Shown: piece after piece, positions 25,201 through 37,600 of the stretch
Numbering within the stretch: position 1 is the first letter of the stretch
Layout: the number at the start of each line of letters is the position of its first letter
Assembly (NCBI GenBank): GCA_900617105.1
Contig: UYFQ01000369.1
Coordinates: 1-59,619 of the forward strand
Length of the DNA: 59,619 nt
Direction of reading: 5' to 3'
DNA from: Hydrurus foetidus
Taxonomy: Eukaryota
Program-made: the position numbers and the translations under genes
The notes under the pieces: generated by a model
Seen by the model: the letters and a program-made list of their open reading frames with translations, nothing else
Database searches by the model: none
What the model was told of the DNA's origin: nothing

Positions 25201-28200
25201 ATCGATTAATTGACAATGTCGCGACGATGTGCATGATCTAGACATCGATGTGGCGGCTAGCTATATTATGGAATATACCTCATTAGTCGAAATGTGTATA
25301 TACACATCTGGTGTGTACATATGATGCATATTAGGACTGATACTATTTTGCATCCCTCTTCGTCTCCTCATACTTACCTGTTCGTCGGATGTAGAGGATC
25401 AACCAGCTCTATACCGGTACGCGGAGCAAACCATGGCATAACTGGTGCTTGTGATGCGTATTGCAGTCCGAAAGGATTCGCAACGGAATAATTTTTGTCA
25501 TTGGGGTAGCGTTTACGCACCCCTTCCCTTCCCTTCCAACACAACACAACACAACACAACACAACACAAACAAAACAAACCACACACATACTCACTATTC
25601 TACCCTACCTGCCAACTACATCAAATGAGTTACTGTTTACTCATTTCACATTACAATATCAATTACGCAATCAAGCAATGCAACTTGCAATCATCGATTA
25701 ATTGACAATGTCGCGACGATGTGCATGATCTAGACATCGATGTGGCGGCTAGCTATATTATGGAATATACCTCATTAGTCGAAATGTGTATATACACATC
25801 TGGTGTGTACATATGATGCATATTAGGACTGATACTATTTTGCATCCCTCTTCGTCTCCTCATACTTACCTGTTCGTCGGATGTAGAGGATCAACCAGCT
25901 CTATACCGGTACGCGGAGCAAACCATGGCATAACTGGTGCTTGTGATGCGTATTGCAGTCCGAAAGGATTCGCAACGGAATAATTTTTGTCATTGGGGTA
26001 GCGTTTACGCACCCCTTCCTTTCCCATCCCACCCCAACACAACACAACACAACACAACACAACAACAAAACAAAACAAACACACACACACACTCACTATT
26101 CTACCCTACCTGCCAACTACATCAAATGAGTTACTGTTTACTCATTTCACATTACAATATCAATTACGCAATCAAGCAATGCAACTTGCAATCATCGATT
26201 AATTGACAATGTCGCGACGATGTGCATGATCTAGACATCGATGTGGCGGCTAGCTATATTATGGAATATACCTCATTAGTCGAAATGTGTATATACACAT
26301 CTGGTGTGTACATATGATGCATATTAGGACTGATACTATTTTGCATCCCTCTTCGTCTCCTCATACTTACCTGTTCGTCGGATGTAGAGGATCAACCAGC
26401 TCTATACCGGTACGCGGAGCAAACCATGGCATAACTGGTGCTTGTGATGCGTATTGCAGTCCGAAAGGATTCGCAACGGAATAATTTTTGTCATTGGGGT
26501 AGCGTTTACGCACCCCTTCCCTTCCCTTCCCTTACCAACACAACACAACACAACACAAACAAAACAAAACCACACACATACTCACTATTCTACCCTACCT
26601 GCCAACTACATCAAATGAGTTACTGTTTACTCATTTCACATTACAATATCAATTACGCAATCAAGCAATGCAACTTGCAATCATCGATTAATTGACAATG
26701 TCGCGACGATGTGCATGATCTAGACATCGATGTGGCGGCTAGCTATATTATGGAATATACCTCATTAGTCGAAATGTGTATATACACATCTGGTGTGTAC
26801 ATATGATGCATATTAGGACTGATACTATTTTGCATCCCTCTTCGTCTCCTCATACTTACCTGTTCGTCGGATGTAGAGGATCAACCAGCTCTATACCGGT
26901 ACGCGGAGCAAACCATGGCATAACTGGTGCTTGTGATGCGTATTGCAGTCCGAAAGGATTCGCAACGGAATAATTTTTGTCATTGGGGTAGCGTTTACGC
27001 ACCCCTTCCCTTCCCTTACCAACACAACACAACACAACACAAAACAAAACCACACACATACTCACTATTCTACCCTACCTGCCAACTACATCAAATGAGT
27101 TACTGTTTACTCATTTCACATTACAATATCAATTACGCAATCAAGCAATGCAACTTGCAATCATCGATTAATTGACAATGTCGCGACGATGTGCATGATC
27201 TAGACATCGATGTGGCGGCTAGCTATATTATGGAATATACCTCATTAGTCGAAATGTGTATATACACATCTGGTGTGTACATATGATGCATATTAGGACT
27301 GATACTATTTTGCATCCCTCTTCGTCTCCTCATACTTACCTGTTCGTCGGATGTAGAGGATCAACCAGCTCTATACCGGTACGCGGAGCAAACCATGGCA
27401 TAACTGGTGCTTGTGATGCGTATTGCAGTCCGAAAGGATTCGCAACGGAATAATTTTTGTCATTGGGGTAGCGTTTACGCACCCCTTCCCTTCCCTTCCC
27501 TTACCAACACAACACAACACAACACAAAACAAACCACACACACACTCACTATTCTACCCTACCTGCCAACTACATCAAATGAGTTACTGTTTACTCATTT
27601 CACATTACAATATCAATTACGCAATCAAGCAATGCAACTTGCAATCATCGATTAATTGACAATGTCGCGACGATGTGCATGATCTAGACATCGATGTGGC
27701 GGCTAGCTATATTATGGAATATACCTCATTAGTCGAAATGTGTATATACACATCTGGTGTGTACATATGATGCATATTAGGACTGATACTATTTTGCATC
27801 CCTCTTCGTCTCCTCATACTTACCTGTTCGTCGGATGTAGAGGATCAACCAGCTCTATACCGGTACGCGGAGCAAACCATGGCATAACTGGTGCTTGTGA
27901 TGCGTATTGCAGTCCGAAAGGATTCGCAACGGAATAATTTTTGTCATTGGGGTAGCGTTTACGCACCCCTTCCCTTCCCTTCCCTTACCAACACAACACA
28001 ACACAACAACACAAACAAAACAAAACAAAACCACACACATACTCACTATTCTACCCTACCTGCCAACTACATCAAATGAGTTACTGTTTACTCATTTCAC
28101 ATTACAATATCAATTACGCAATCAAGCAATGCAACTTGCAATCATCGATTAATTGACAATGTCGCGACGATGTGCATGATCTAGACATCGATGTGGCGGC

Positions 28201-28312
28201 TAGCTATATTATGGAATATACCTCATTAGTCGAAATGTGTATATACACATCTGGTGTGTACATATGATGCATATTAGGACTGATACTATTTTGCATCCCT
28301 CTTCGTCTCCTC

Positions 28313-28466
28313 ATACTTACCTGTTCGTCGGATGTAGAGGATCAACCAGCTCTATACCGGTACGCGGAGCAAACCATGGCATAACTGGTGCTTGTGATGC
28401 GTATTGCAGTCCGAAAGGATTCGCAACGGAATAATTTTTGTCATTGGGGTAGCGTTTACGCACCCC
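28313..28466 (+). ncRNA. U1: U1 snRNA (last copy of block B)
   Basis: Same sequence as the representative copy. Confidence 0.95.
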
Positions 28467-28767
28467 TTCCCTTCCCTTCCATTACCAACACAACACAACA
28501 CAAACAAAACAAAACCACACACATACTCACTATTCTACCCTACCTGCCAACTACATCAAATGAGTTACTGTTTACTCATTTCACATTACAATATCAATTA
28601 CGCAATCAAGCAATGCAACTTGCAATCATCGATTAATTGACAATGTCGCGACGATGTGCATGATCTAGACATCGATGTGGCGGCTAGCTATATTATGGAA
28701 TATACCTCATTAGTCGAAATGTGTATATACACATCTGGTGTGTACATATGATGCATATTAGGACTGA

Positions 28768-29029
28768 TGTAGCCTTATTGCATTCCTAAGGGGATACAAT
28801 GTGTCTAGGTTAACTAGGTACAATAGGTATATTACGCCCAGATTCCACTTTTAGGTCTTAGTTCCACATATGACGTGAATGCACTTTAGCGTACACATCA
28901 CTTGTAGATACTCAACTGTAAAATACTAACACAAGTTTACTCCACCTATCCTTCCTTCCCTTGCCCACCGCTTGCATCAACCGACCACCACTTTTAGCTC
29001 CAACGTCCTAGGCCCCGCCCAAGACCACA
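28768..29029 (+). repeat. Gypsy A 5' LTR
   Basis: Direct repeat of 34234-34495. Confidence 0.95.
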
Positions 29030-29128
29030 ATATCGATATTTGGTCGATACCAAAGTTTTTTCGAGAGAAGTTCGTTTCTCCGCTCCATCAATTTTAAATC
29101 CATCACGTAATTCCGACAGTCGAAGACA

Positions 29129-32100
29129 ATGGCTCTCCGACGCCAGGACAAGAGGATTAGCACCATCAACTCCCTTCGCCGACAACGACAGCCTCCTAGA
29201 GCTGTCGCCGTCGCCTTCCGACAACGTTACGAGGAGCACCACAATCGTGGAGGAGATAGCATCGAGTCTCCTGGGCCACCTGCGGCTCAGGACCCCGCCG
29301 GCGACCTGTCTGCACCGATTCCTCAGCGGAATTCGGAGCCTGCGGTCTCGTCTGTTATTGATGCTCCTGTTTTATCTGCTTTATCCGCTCTAACGTTATC
29401 ACCAGTTTCGACTGCGACACCAGCTTCGGCTGAGATACCAGCTTCGGCTGCGACACCAGATTCGTCTGCGACACCAGCTTCGGCTGAGATTCCTCGTTCG
29501 ATGGCACCACCTCAGCACTATGTGCAAACGGGTGAGAGAGCTCCTAAGTTGAGCGCCGTGCCCTCTCGTCAGGAAGTACTACGGGTAATGGAGGTCCTCC
29601 TTTCAAATGGAACTCCATTTAAACCAGTTGATGTAATCCATGTTTCCAACCATCAATCGTTTACAACGCTTCTCAAGCGTAAGTTTGCAACTGATCCCGA
29701 TCGTCGCGACTCCTGTAACAATTGGAAACATTGGTCGAATCAATTGTTCTGTAGAGAACTCAATCTCACAGTTCCTACATCAGCTGTCAATCGAACTGAC
29801 AAGCTGAGTTTCATTGAAACTGTCTCTCAGGTCGCACTTCAATTCGACCTGAAGGATAAATCAGTGGAAGACAAGACAGATCAGCTTTTAGCTGATATTG
29901 TTGATGGATTCCCTGATGCAACACCCGCTCTCCAACTTCAGGCAACCAAAATTCTAATCGATAAGTTGCCTGTCGAACCTATCAATTGGAGAGCAGTGTT
30001 ACAGCGTAGTCTTAACAATACAACGCCAAGACTCATTACAATCGAAGACTTTCGATTCGTATGGCTTGCGCAGCTTGCTAAGCTACGAGAATCAATTGAT
30101 GCCTTACGGTTCATTGATGTCTCTCCTTTGTATGGTGATCACTCTCGCCAAATCAAAGCTCCTCCTCGTTCCTCTCAGGACAAAATCAAAAACGTCCACG
30201 AGAGAGCGAACAATCTGTGCAATCAGACAAGTCTGACAAATTCGAAAGACCTCTGTGCACAGGTTGTGGGAGACTCGGCCATTTCGTCGCCACGTGTTTT
30301 TACACTACGTCTCCGTACTATAACAGTACAGACGCACCCTATATCAACTCTGAGGGTCATAAGCAGTTGTTGAAAGTCGATTCAAAGGCTAAGTTTATTC
30401 CAACTTTACCTAAGACATCGACCTCTTCTTCATCGTCTTCCTCTTCTTCTTCCTCTTCGTCAAAACCTGCTACATCAACAGCAGACTCGACAAACGCTGC
30501 GAAGAAACACAAAGGTGAGCAACTATGCAACCTAAATTCATCATCTATTCTTTCCGATGATCCAGAACTTATTCCTTTCTTCGTATCTCCCCTCTCACAG
30601 GAGGTTATGCTGGAAAAAAGTAATAGAGTCTTTACTCTCCTGGACACCGGCTCTTTTGCTGGCAACTTTATACATCGCCGCATCATAATTAATCATAATT
30701 TCACACAATTCGTATCTAACTCTTCAAAGAAATTGTGTAAAGTTTGTAGTGGATTAGATAATCATTGTTATGATATTTCTGACACTATAGACTTAACTCT
30801 TTCTTATTTTTGCCCTGATTTAAATAATTATTATACTTTTCAAATCACGGCTTATGTTTTAGACGATTCGAAATTTGATCTAATAGTGGGACGAAAAACA
30901 ATTCGCGAATTGAATTTATTTTCACGTTTCCCCGATCAAATATCTGCCAATGCTTCATCAAACACTACCTCATTAGCGGAAGTTTTATCTTCTGAACAAG
31001 TGGATATAACGTGTGGCTGTCAGCCTAAGGAGAAGTTGCAACCCTCTGATGGCTCCCCAAAGGTCGATCCTTTAACCCAAAAGGTGAAACCGGCAGTAAC
31101 CCAAACACACGTTATTCTAGCTTCACTAATACAAGAGTCTGAAAGACTTTTTGAGGCTGTGCCCCCTGATGAGGACGAAATCGACGACTCGATCAAGGAC
31201 TCGTTTTCACCTTGGATAGATGAATTTCCTGATACTGACCCACTCTCGCTAATAAACTTAGCAGGTGATGAAGATCAGAAAAATAAACTTCGGTTACTAG
31301 TACACGAATTCAAGGATATATTTAGCAGTGAACTTTCGGCCACTCCTGCTAATATTCCACCCTTTGACTTTCATGTCAATGACGACCAATGGAGAGTCTC
31401 TAAAAATAGACAACCTCCATGGTCTAAATCAACAGTTGATCAAGCTGACATTCTTAGTCAAATTAAAAACTTGAAAAACAAAATATTGTTGAAAAATCAA
31501 ACGCGGCTTATTATAGCCAAGTTTTACTAGTTCCTAAATCTGATGGAACTAAGCGCATGTGTATTGATTTTCGGAATCTCAACAATTGTACCGAAGATAA
31601 ATCACATCCTATTCCACACATCGGTGAGATGTTGCGTCGAATAGGTGCACATAAAGCAAAAGTGTTTGCTGTACTTGATCTCACTCAAGGTTACCATCAA
31701 GCACCACTTACACTCGCTGCACGTGCTTATACTGCATTCATACTATTCTGCGGAGTATATCAATTCACTCGTTTACCCTTTGGGCCAAAACAAGCACCCT
31801 CCTATTTCCAACAGATTATGACGACTGTTGTGTTAGCAGGGCTGATATACTCTATATGCGAAATGTACATAGATGATTGCAATGTTTTCGGTAAAGACAT
31901 TGACGAACTCATTTCTAGACTTCGTCTTGTTTTTGAACGTTTTAGAAAACACAAAATATTCCTTAAACCGAATAAGTGTTATCTAGGCTATGCCGAAATA
32001 GATTATGTTGGCAAAGTTCTATCTGCAGATGGACTTAGAATGTCACAAGAAAAAATACGGACTGTCTTAGATTTTCCTAAACCAGTACTATCTAAACAAC

Positions 32101-34033
32101 TCAAAAGTTTTTAGGATTGGTTAATTATTTTCACGACTTTGTTAGAAACGCTTCTACTGTTGTATACCCGTTACATCAGTTGCTTCTTAACTATAATAAG
32201 TATAAGAAAATAACTTGGACAATAGAAGCTCTCAGAGCATTCAATTTGATCAAATCCGAGATTTCAAAATGCACGACTATGCACTTTTTAAGTGACACCG
32301 ATCCGATTTACTTGCACACTGATGCATCGGACTATGGTGTAGGTGCCTATCTTTTCCAGCTAGTTGACGGTCAAGAGACGCCCATAGCATTTGTCAGTAA
32401 ATCACTTAACAAAGCTCAGCTTCGTTGGGCTGTTATACAAAAAGAAGCATATGCTATCTTTTATTCGTGCACGTATTTAAAATCGCTATTACGTGATCGT
32501 ACGTTCACATTGCGTACAGATCATCGTAACTTGTTATACATCAAGGATAATTCAAATCCAATGATTGTTCGGTGGTTTATGGCCTTATCCGAATATTCAT
32601 TTAAAATTGAATATATACCTGGTGCTAACAATGATATAGCTGATTCGATGTCTCGACTCTGTCGCAATAACATGGTTGATTTCCCTCAGGAATATACTCC
32701 TGATGCAATCATGTCTGCTAATACTATTGAAAAATTCAAACTAACACGTGATCAGTACAATACAATCAGTAAAGTACACAATTCACAAGTTGGGCATTTT
32801 GGCCTTGAGCGCACTTTAAAGCGTCTCATTGACAAAAAATAGTATGGCAATATATGCGTCAGCATGTCAGGTGGTTCATAGATCACTGTTCGTGTTGTCA
32901 GAAAATGAGTATGTTAAAGATACCAATACATGCTCATGGTTTCTCGACTTCTACTTACACACCTATGGAATGCCTTAACATAGACTTCATAGGACCGTTT
33001 CCAGACGGCGGGTACGTACTCGTAATTATCGATACGTTCACAAGATGGGTTGAACTGTTTCATACAGAAGATGCTACAGCACTTTCAACAGCTAAATGCC
33101 TCTTGCAACACTTCGGTCGTTTCGGCGCACCTCTCCAACTCCGTTCTGATAATGGGCCACACTTCATTTCCGAAGTTATTAGAGAGTTTCTAACTCTTAT
33201 TGGCACTCAACATTGTCTTACTTTAGCATATTCTAAAGAAGAAAATGCTATTGTTGAGCGCATGAATAAAGAAGTTAATAGACATCTTCGTGCATTAACA
33301 TTCGATAATGTCACACTAGAAGATTATAAAACGTCACTTCCATTTGTGCAACGAATTTTAAATTCTAATCACAGTGATCGTTTAAAAATATCATCTTCTC
33401 AACTTCTTTTCGGAAATGTACTCAAACTCGATAGAGGTATTTTTTACCTCCTGCTGAGCGAAATGTTACTGATGACAAACCTTTGTCAAAGCGTATGAGC
33501 AATCTACTCAAAACGCAAGACAGTCTTCTTAAAGCTTCTGCTAAAGAACTTCTTCGCACAGATTTGCTTCATCAAAGTCAGTCTCAAGTTTTTCAGCATG
33601 TAGATTATCCAAAAGACTCTTATGTCTTAGTGCACTATCGCGATGGATCCCTCCTTCACGTCTTCACACGCATTGGAGAGGCCCATTAAAAGTCGTTAGT
33701 GGCGAAAATTCGCGTTACACACTTTATGATTTAGTCACTCAGAAAACTTCAGAGTTTCATGTTTCTGCAATGAAACCTTTTCTATTTGACCCTTCAATCA
33801 CAAATCCGTTGGATGTTGCACGACGTGATCACATGGAATACTTTGTTGAAGACATTCTTGATCATCGTGGCAAACACCAACGTACCCACATAGAGTTTTT
33901 AGTCAAATGGTTAAATTACCCTTCAGACAAAAACACTTGGGAACCTTATTCAAGTCTTCGTGATGTTGATAAACTTCATGATTATTTACGTCATAATAAC
34001 ATGACTAAATTAATCAATAAGCAACATAGATGA
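29129..34033 (+). CDS. gag-pol: Gypsy A gag-pol (frameshifted into several ORFs)
   Basis: CCHC knuckle CTGCGRLGHFVATC; protease LLDTGS; RT MCIDFR/LPFG/YIDD; RNase H TDAS; integrase HHCC with IDFIG/SDNG/ER; chromodomain VEDILDHR...FLVKW...TWEP. Confidence 0.93.
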
Positions 34034-34233
34034 CTTAATATATTTGAAACTTTATCCATGAGGATTCTCTCCTATTTTTTTTACCTACGGGTCTTTTTTG
34101 GAGAGTTTAGTCAGTAAAAGTCTGACATCATCGTTTCATCTATATCTCATATATATGTTTTACATATCTTTTCTTTTTTTTCATTTTTTTTGTATATCAT
34201 ATCAAAGATCTTCAAAAAAGGAAGAAGGGGTAG

Positions 34234-34495
34234 TGTAGCCTTATTGCATTCCTAAGGGGATACAATGTGTCTAGGTTAACTAGGTACAATAGGTATATTA
34301 CGCCCAGATTCCACTTTTAGGTCTTAGTTCCACATATGACGTGAATGCACTTTAGCGTACACATCACTTGTAGATACTCAACTGTAAAATACTAACACAA
34401 GTTTACTCCACCTATCCTTCCTTCCCTTGCCCACCGCTTGCATCAACCGACCACCACTTTTAGCTCCAACGTCCTAGGCCCCGCCCAAGACCACA
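34234..34495 (+). repeat. Gypsy A 3' LTR
   Basis: Follows the PPT; direct repeat of 28768-29029. Confidence 0.95.
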
Positions 34496-34528
34496 CTGAT
34501 ACTATTTTGCATCCCTCTTCGCCTCCTC

Positions 34529-34682
34529 ATACTTACCTGTTCGTCGGATGTAGAGGATCAACCAGCTCTATACCGGTACGCGGAGCAAACCATGGCATAA
34601 CTGGTGCTTGTGATGCGTATTGCAGTCCGAAAGGATTCGCAACGGAATAATTTTTGTCATTGGGGTAGCGTTTACGCACCCC
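34529..34682 (+). ncRNA. U1: U1 snRNA copy separated from its upstream promoter by Gypsy A
   Basis: Intact U1 sequence 33 bp downstream of the 3' LTR. Confidence 0.9.
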
Positions 34683-37600
34683 TTCCCTTCCCTTCCATTA
34701 CCAACACAACACAACACAACACAAACAAAACAAAACCACACACATACTCACTATTCTACCCTACCTGCCAACTACATCAAATGAGTTACTGTTTACTCAT
34801 TTCACATTACAATATCAATTACGCAATCAAGCAATGCAACTTGCAATCATCGATTAATTGACAATGTCGCGATGATGTGCATGATCTAGACATCGATGTG
34901 GCGGCTAGCTATATTATGGAATATACCTCATTAGTCGAAATGTGTATATACACATCTGGTGTGTACATATGATGCATATTAGGACTGATACTATTTTGCA
35001 TCCCTCTTCGTCTCCTCATACTTACCTGTTCGTCGGATGTAGAGGATCAACCAGCTCTATACCGGTACGCGGAGCAAACCATGGCATAACTGGTGCTTGT
35101 GATGCGTATTGCAGTCCGAAAGGATTCGCAACGGAATAATTTTTGTCATTGGGGTAGCGTTTACGCACCCCTTCCCTTCCCTTCCCTTACCAACACAACA
35201 CAACACAACACAAACAAAACAAAACCACACACATACTCACTATTCTACCCTACCTGCCAACTACATCAAATGAGTTACTGTTTACTCATTTCACATTACA
35301 ATATCAATTACGCAATCAAGCAATGCAACTTGCAATCATCGATTAATTGACAATGTCGCGACGATGTGCATGATCTAGACATCGATGTGGCGGCTAGCTA
35401 TATTATGGAATATACCTCATTAGTCGAAATGTGTATATACACATCTGGTGTGTACATATGATGCATATTAGGACTGATACTATTTTGCATCCCTCTTCGT
35501 CTCCTCATACTTACCTGTTCGTCGGATGTAGAGGATCAACCAGCTCTATACCGGTACGCGGAGCAAACCATGGCATAACTGGTGCTTGTGATGCGTATTG
35601 CAGTCCGAAAGGATTCGCAACGGAATAATTTTTGTCATTGGGGTAGCGTTTACGCACCCCTTCCCTTCCATTACCAACACAACACAACACAACACAAACA
35701 AAACAAAACCACACACATACTCACTATTCTACCCTACCTGCCAACTACATCAAATGAGTTACTGTTTACTCATTTCACATTACAATATCAATTACGCAAT
35801 CAAGCAATGCAACTTGCAATCATCGATTAATTGACAATGTCGCGACGATGTGCATGATCTAGACATCGATGTGGCGGCTAGCTATATTATGGAATATACC
35901 TCATTAGTCGAAATGTGTATATACACATCTGGTGTGTACATATGATGCATATTAGGACTGATACTATTTTGCATCCCTCTTCGTCTCCTCATACTTACCT
36001 GTTCGTCGGATGTAGAGGATCAACCAGCTCTATACCGGTACGCGGAGCAAACCATGGCATAACTGGTGCTTGTGATGCGTATTGCAGTCCGAAAGGATTC
36101 GCAACGGAATAATTTTTGTCATTGGGGTAGCGTTTACGCACCCCTTCCCTTCCCTTCCCTTACCAACACAACACAACACAAACAAAACAAAACCACACAC
36201 ACACTCACTATTCTACCCTACCTGCCAACTACATCAAATGAGTTACTGTTTACTCATTTCACATTACAATATCAATTACGCAATCAAGCAATGCAACTTG
36301 CAATCATCGATTAATTGACAATGTCGCGACGATGTGCATGATCTAGACATCGATGTGGCGGCTAGCTATATTATGGAATATACCTCATTAGTCGAAATGT
36401 GTATATACACATCTGGTGTGTACATATGATGCATATTAGGACTGATACTATTTTGCATCCCTCTTCGTCTCCTCATACTTACCTGTTCGTCGGATGTAGA
36501 GGATCAACCAGCTCTATACCGGTACGCGGAGCAAACCATGGCATAACTGGTGCTTGTGATGCGTATTGCAGTCCGAAAGGATTCGCAACGGAATAATTTT
36601 TGTCATTGGGGTAGCGTTTACGCACCCCTTCCCTTCCATTACCAACACAACACAACACAAACAAAACAAAACCACACACATACTCACTATTCTACCCTAC
36701 CTGCCAACTACATCAAATGAGTTACTGTTTACTCATTTCACATTACAATATCAATTACGCAATCAAGCAATGCAACTTGCAATCATCGATTAATTGACAA
36801 TGTCGCGACGATGTGCATGATCTAGACATCGATGTGGCGGCTAGCTATATTATGGAATATACCTCATTAGTCGAAATGTGTATATACACATCTGGTGTGT
36901 ACATATGATGCATATTAGGACTGATACTATTTTGCATCCCTCTTCGTCTCCTCATACTTACCTGTTCGTCGGATGTAGAGGATCAACCAGCTCTATACCG
37001 GTACGCGGAGCAAACCATGGCATAACTGGTGCTTGTGATGCGTATTGCAGTCCGAAAGGATTCGCAACGGAATAATTTTTGTCATTGGGGTAGCGTTTAC
37101 GCACCCCTTCCCTTCCCTTACCAACACAACACAACACAACACAAACAAAACAAAACAAAACCACACACATACTCACTATTCTACCCTACCTGCCAACTAC
37201 ATCAAATGAGTTACTGTTTACTCATTTCACATTACAATATCAATTACGCAATCAAGCAATGCAACTTGCAATCATCGATTAATTGACAATGTCGCGACGA
37301 TGTGCATGATCTAGACATCGATGTGGCGGCTAGCTATATTATGGAATATACCTCATTAGTCGAAATGTGTATATACACATCTGGTGTGTACATATGATGC
37401 ATATTAGGACTGATACTATTTTGCATCCCTCTTCGTCTCCTCATACTTACCTGTTCGTCGGATGTAGAGGATCAACCAGCTCTATACCGGTACGCGGAGC
37501 AAACCATGGCATAACTGGTGCTTGTGATGCGTATTGCAGTCCGAAAGGATTCGCAACGGAATAATTTTTGTCATTGGGGTAGCGTTTACGCACCCCTTCC

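Larger units (their letters stand above)
15688..28767 (+). repeat. U1 snRNA gene tandem array, block B (26 intact genes)
   Basis: U1 starts at 16125, 16613, 17096, 17586, 18080, 18574, 19055, 19534, 20017, 20499, 20986, 21464, 21942, 22433, 22917, 23402, 23891, 24387, 24876, 25370, 25862, 26363, 26852, 27332, 27816 and 28313. Confidence 0.95.
28768..34495 (+). mobile_element. Complete Ty3/Gypsy chromodomain LTR retrotransposon A (5728 bp)
   Basis: Two 262-bp LTRs, identical by eye (TG...CA); TSD CTGA at 28764-28767 and 34496-34499; PPT AAAAAAGGAAGAAGGGGTAG; order gag-PR-RT-RH-IN-chromo. Confidence 0.96.

Noticed and set aside
29129..34033. Programmed frameshifts or pseudogenisation in Gypsy A, and likewise in the Copias
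   Set aside because: Several breaks fall at homopolymer runs inside conserved domains of an element with identical LTRs, so they are probably sequencing indels.
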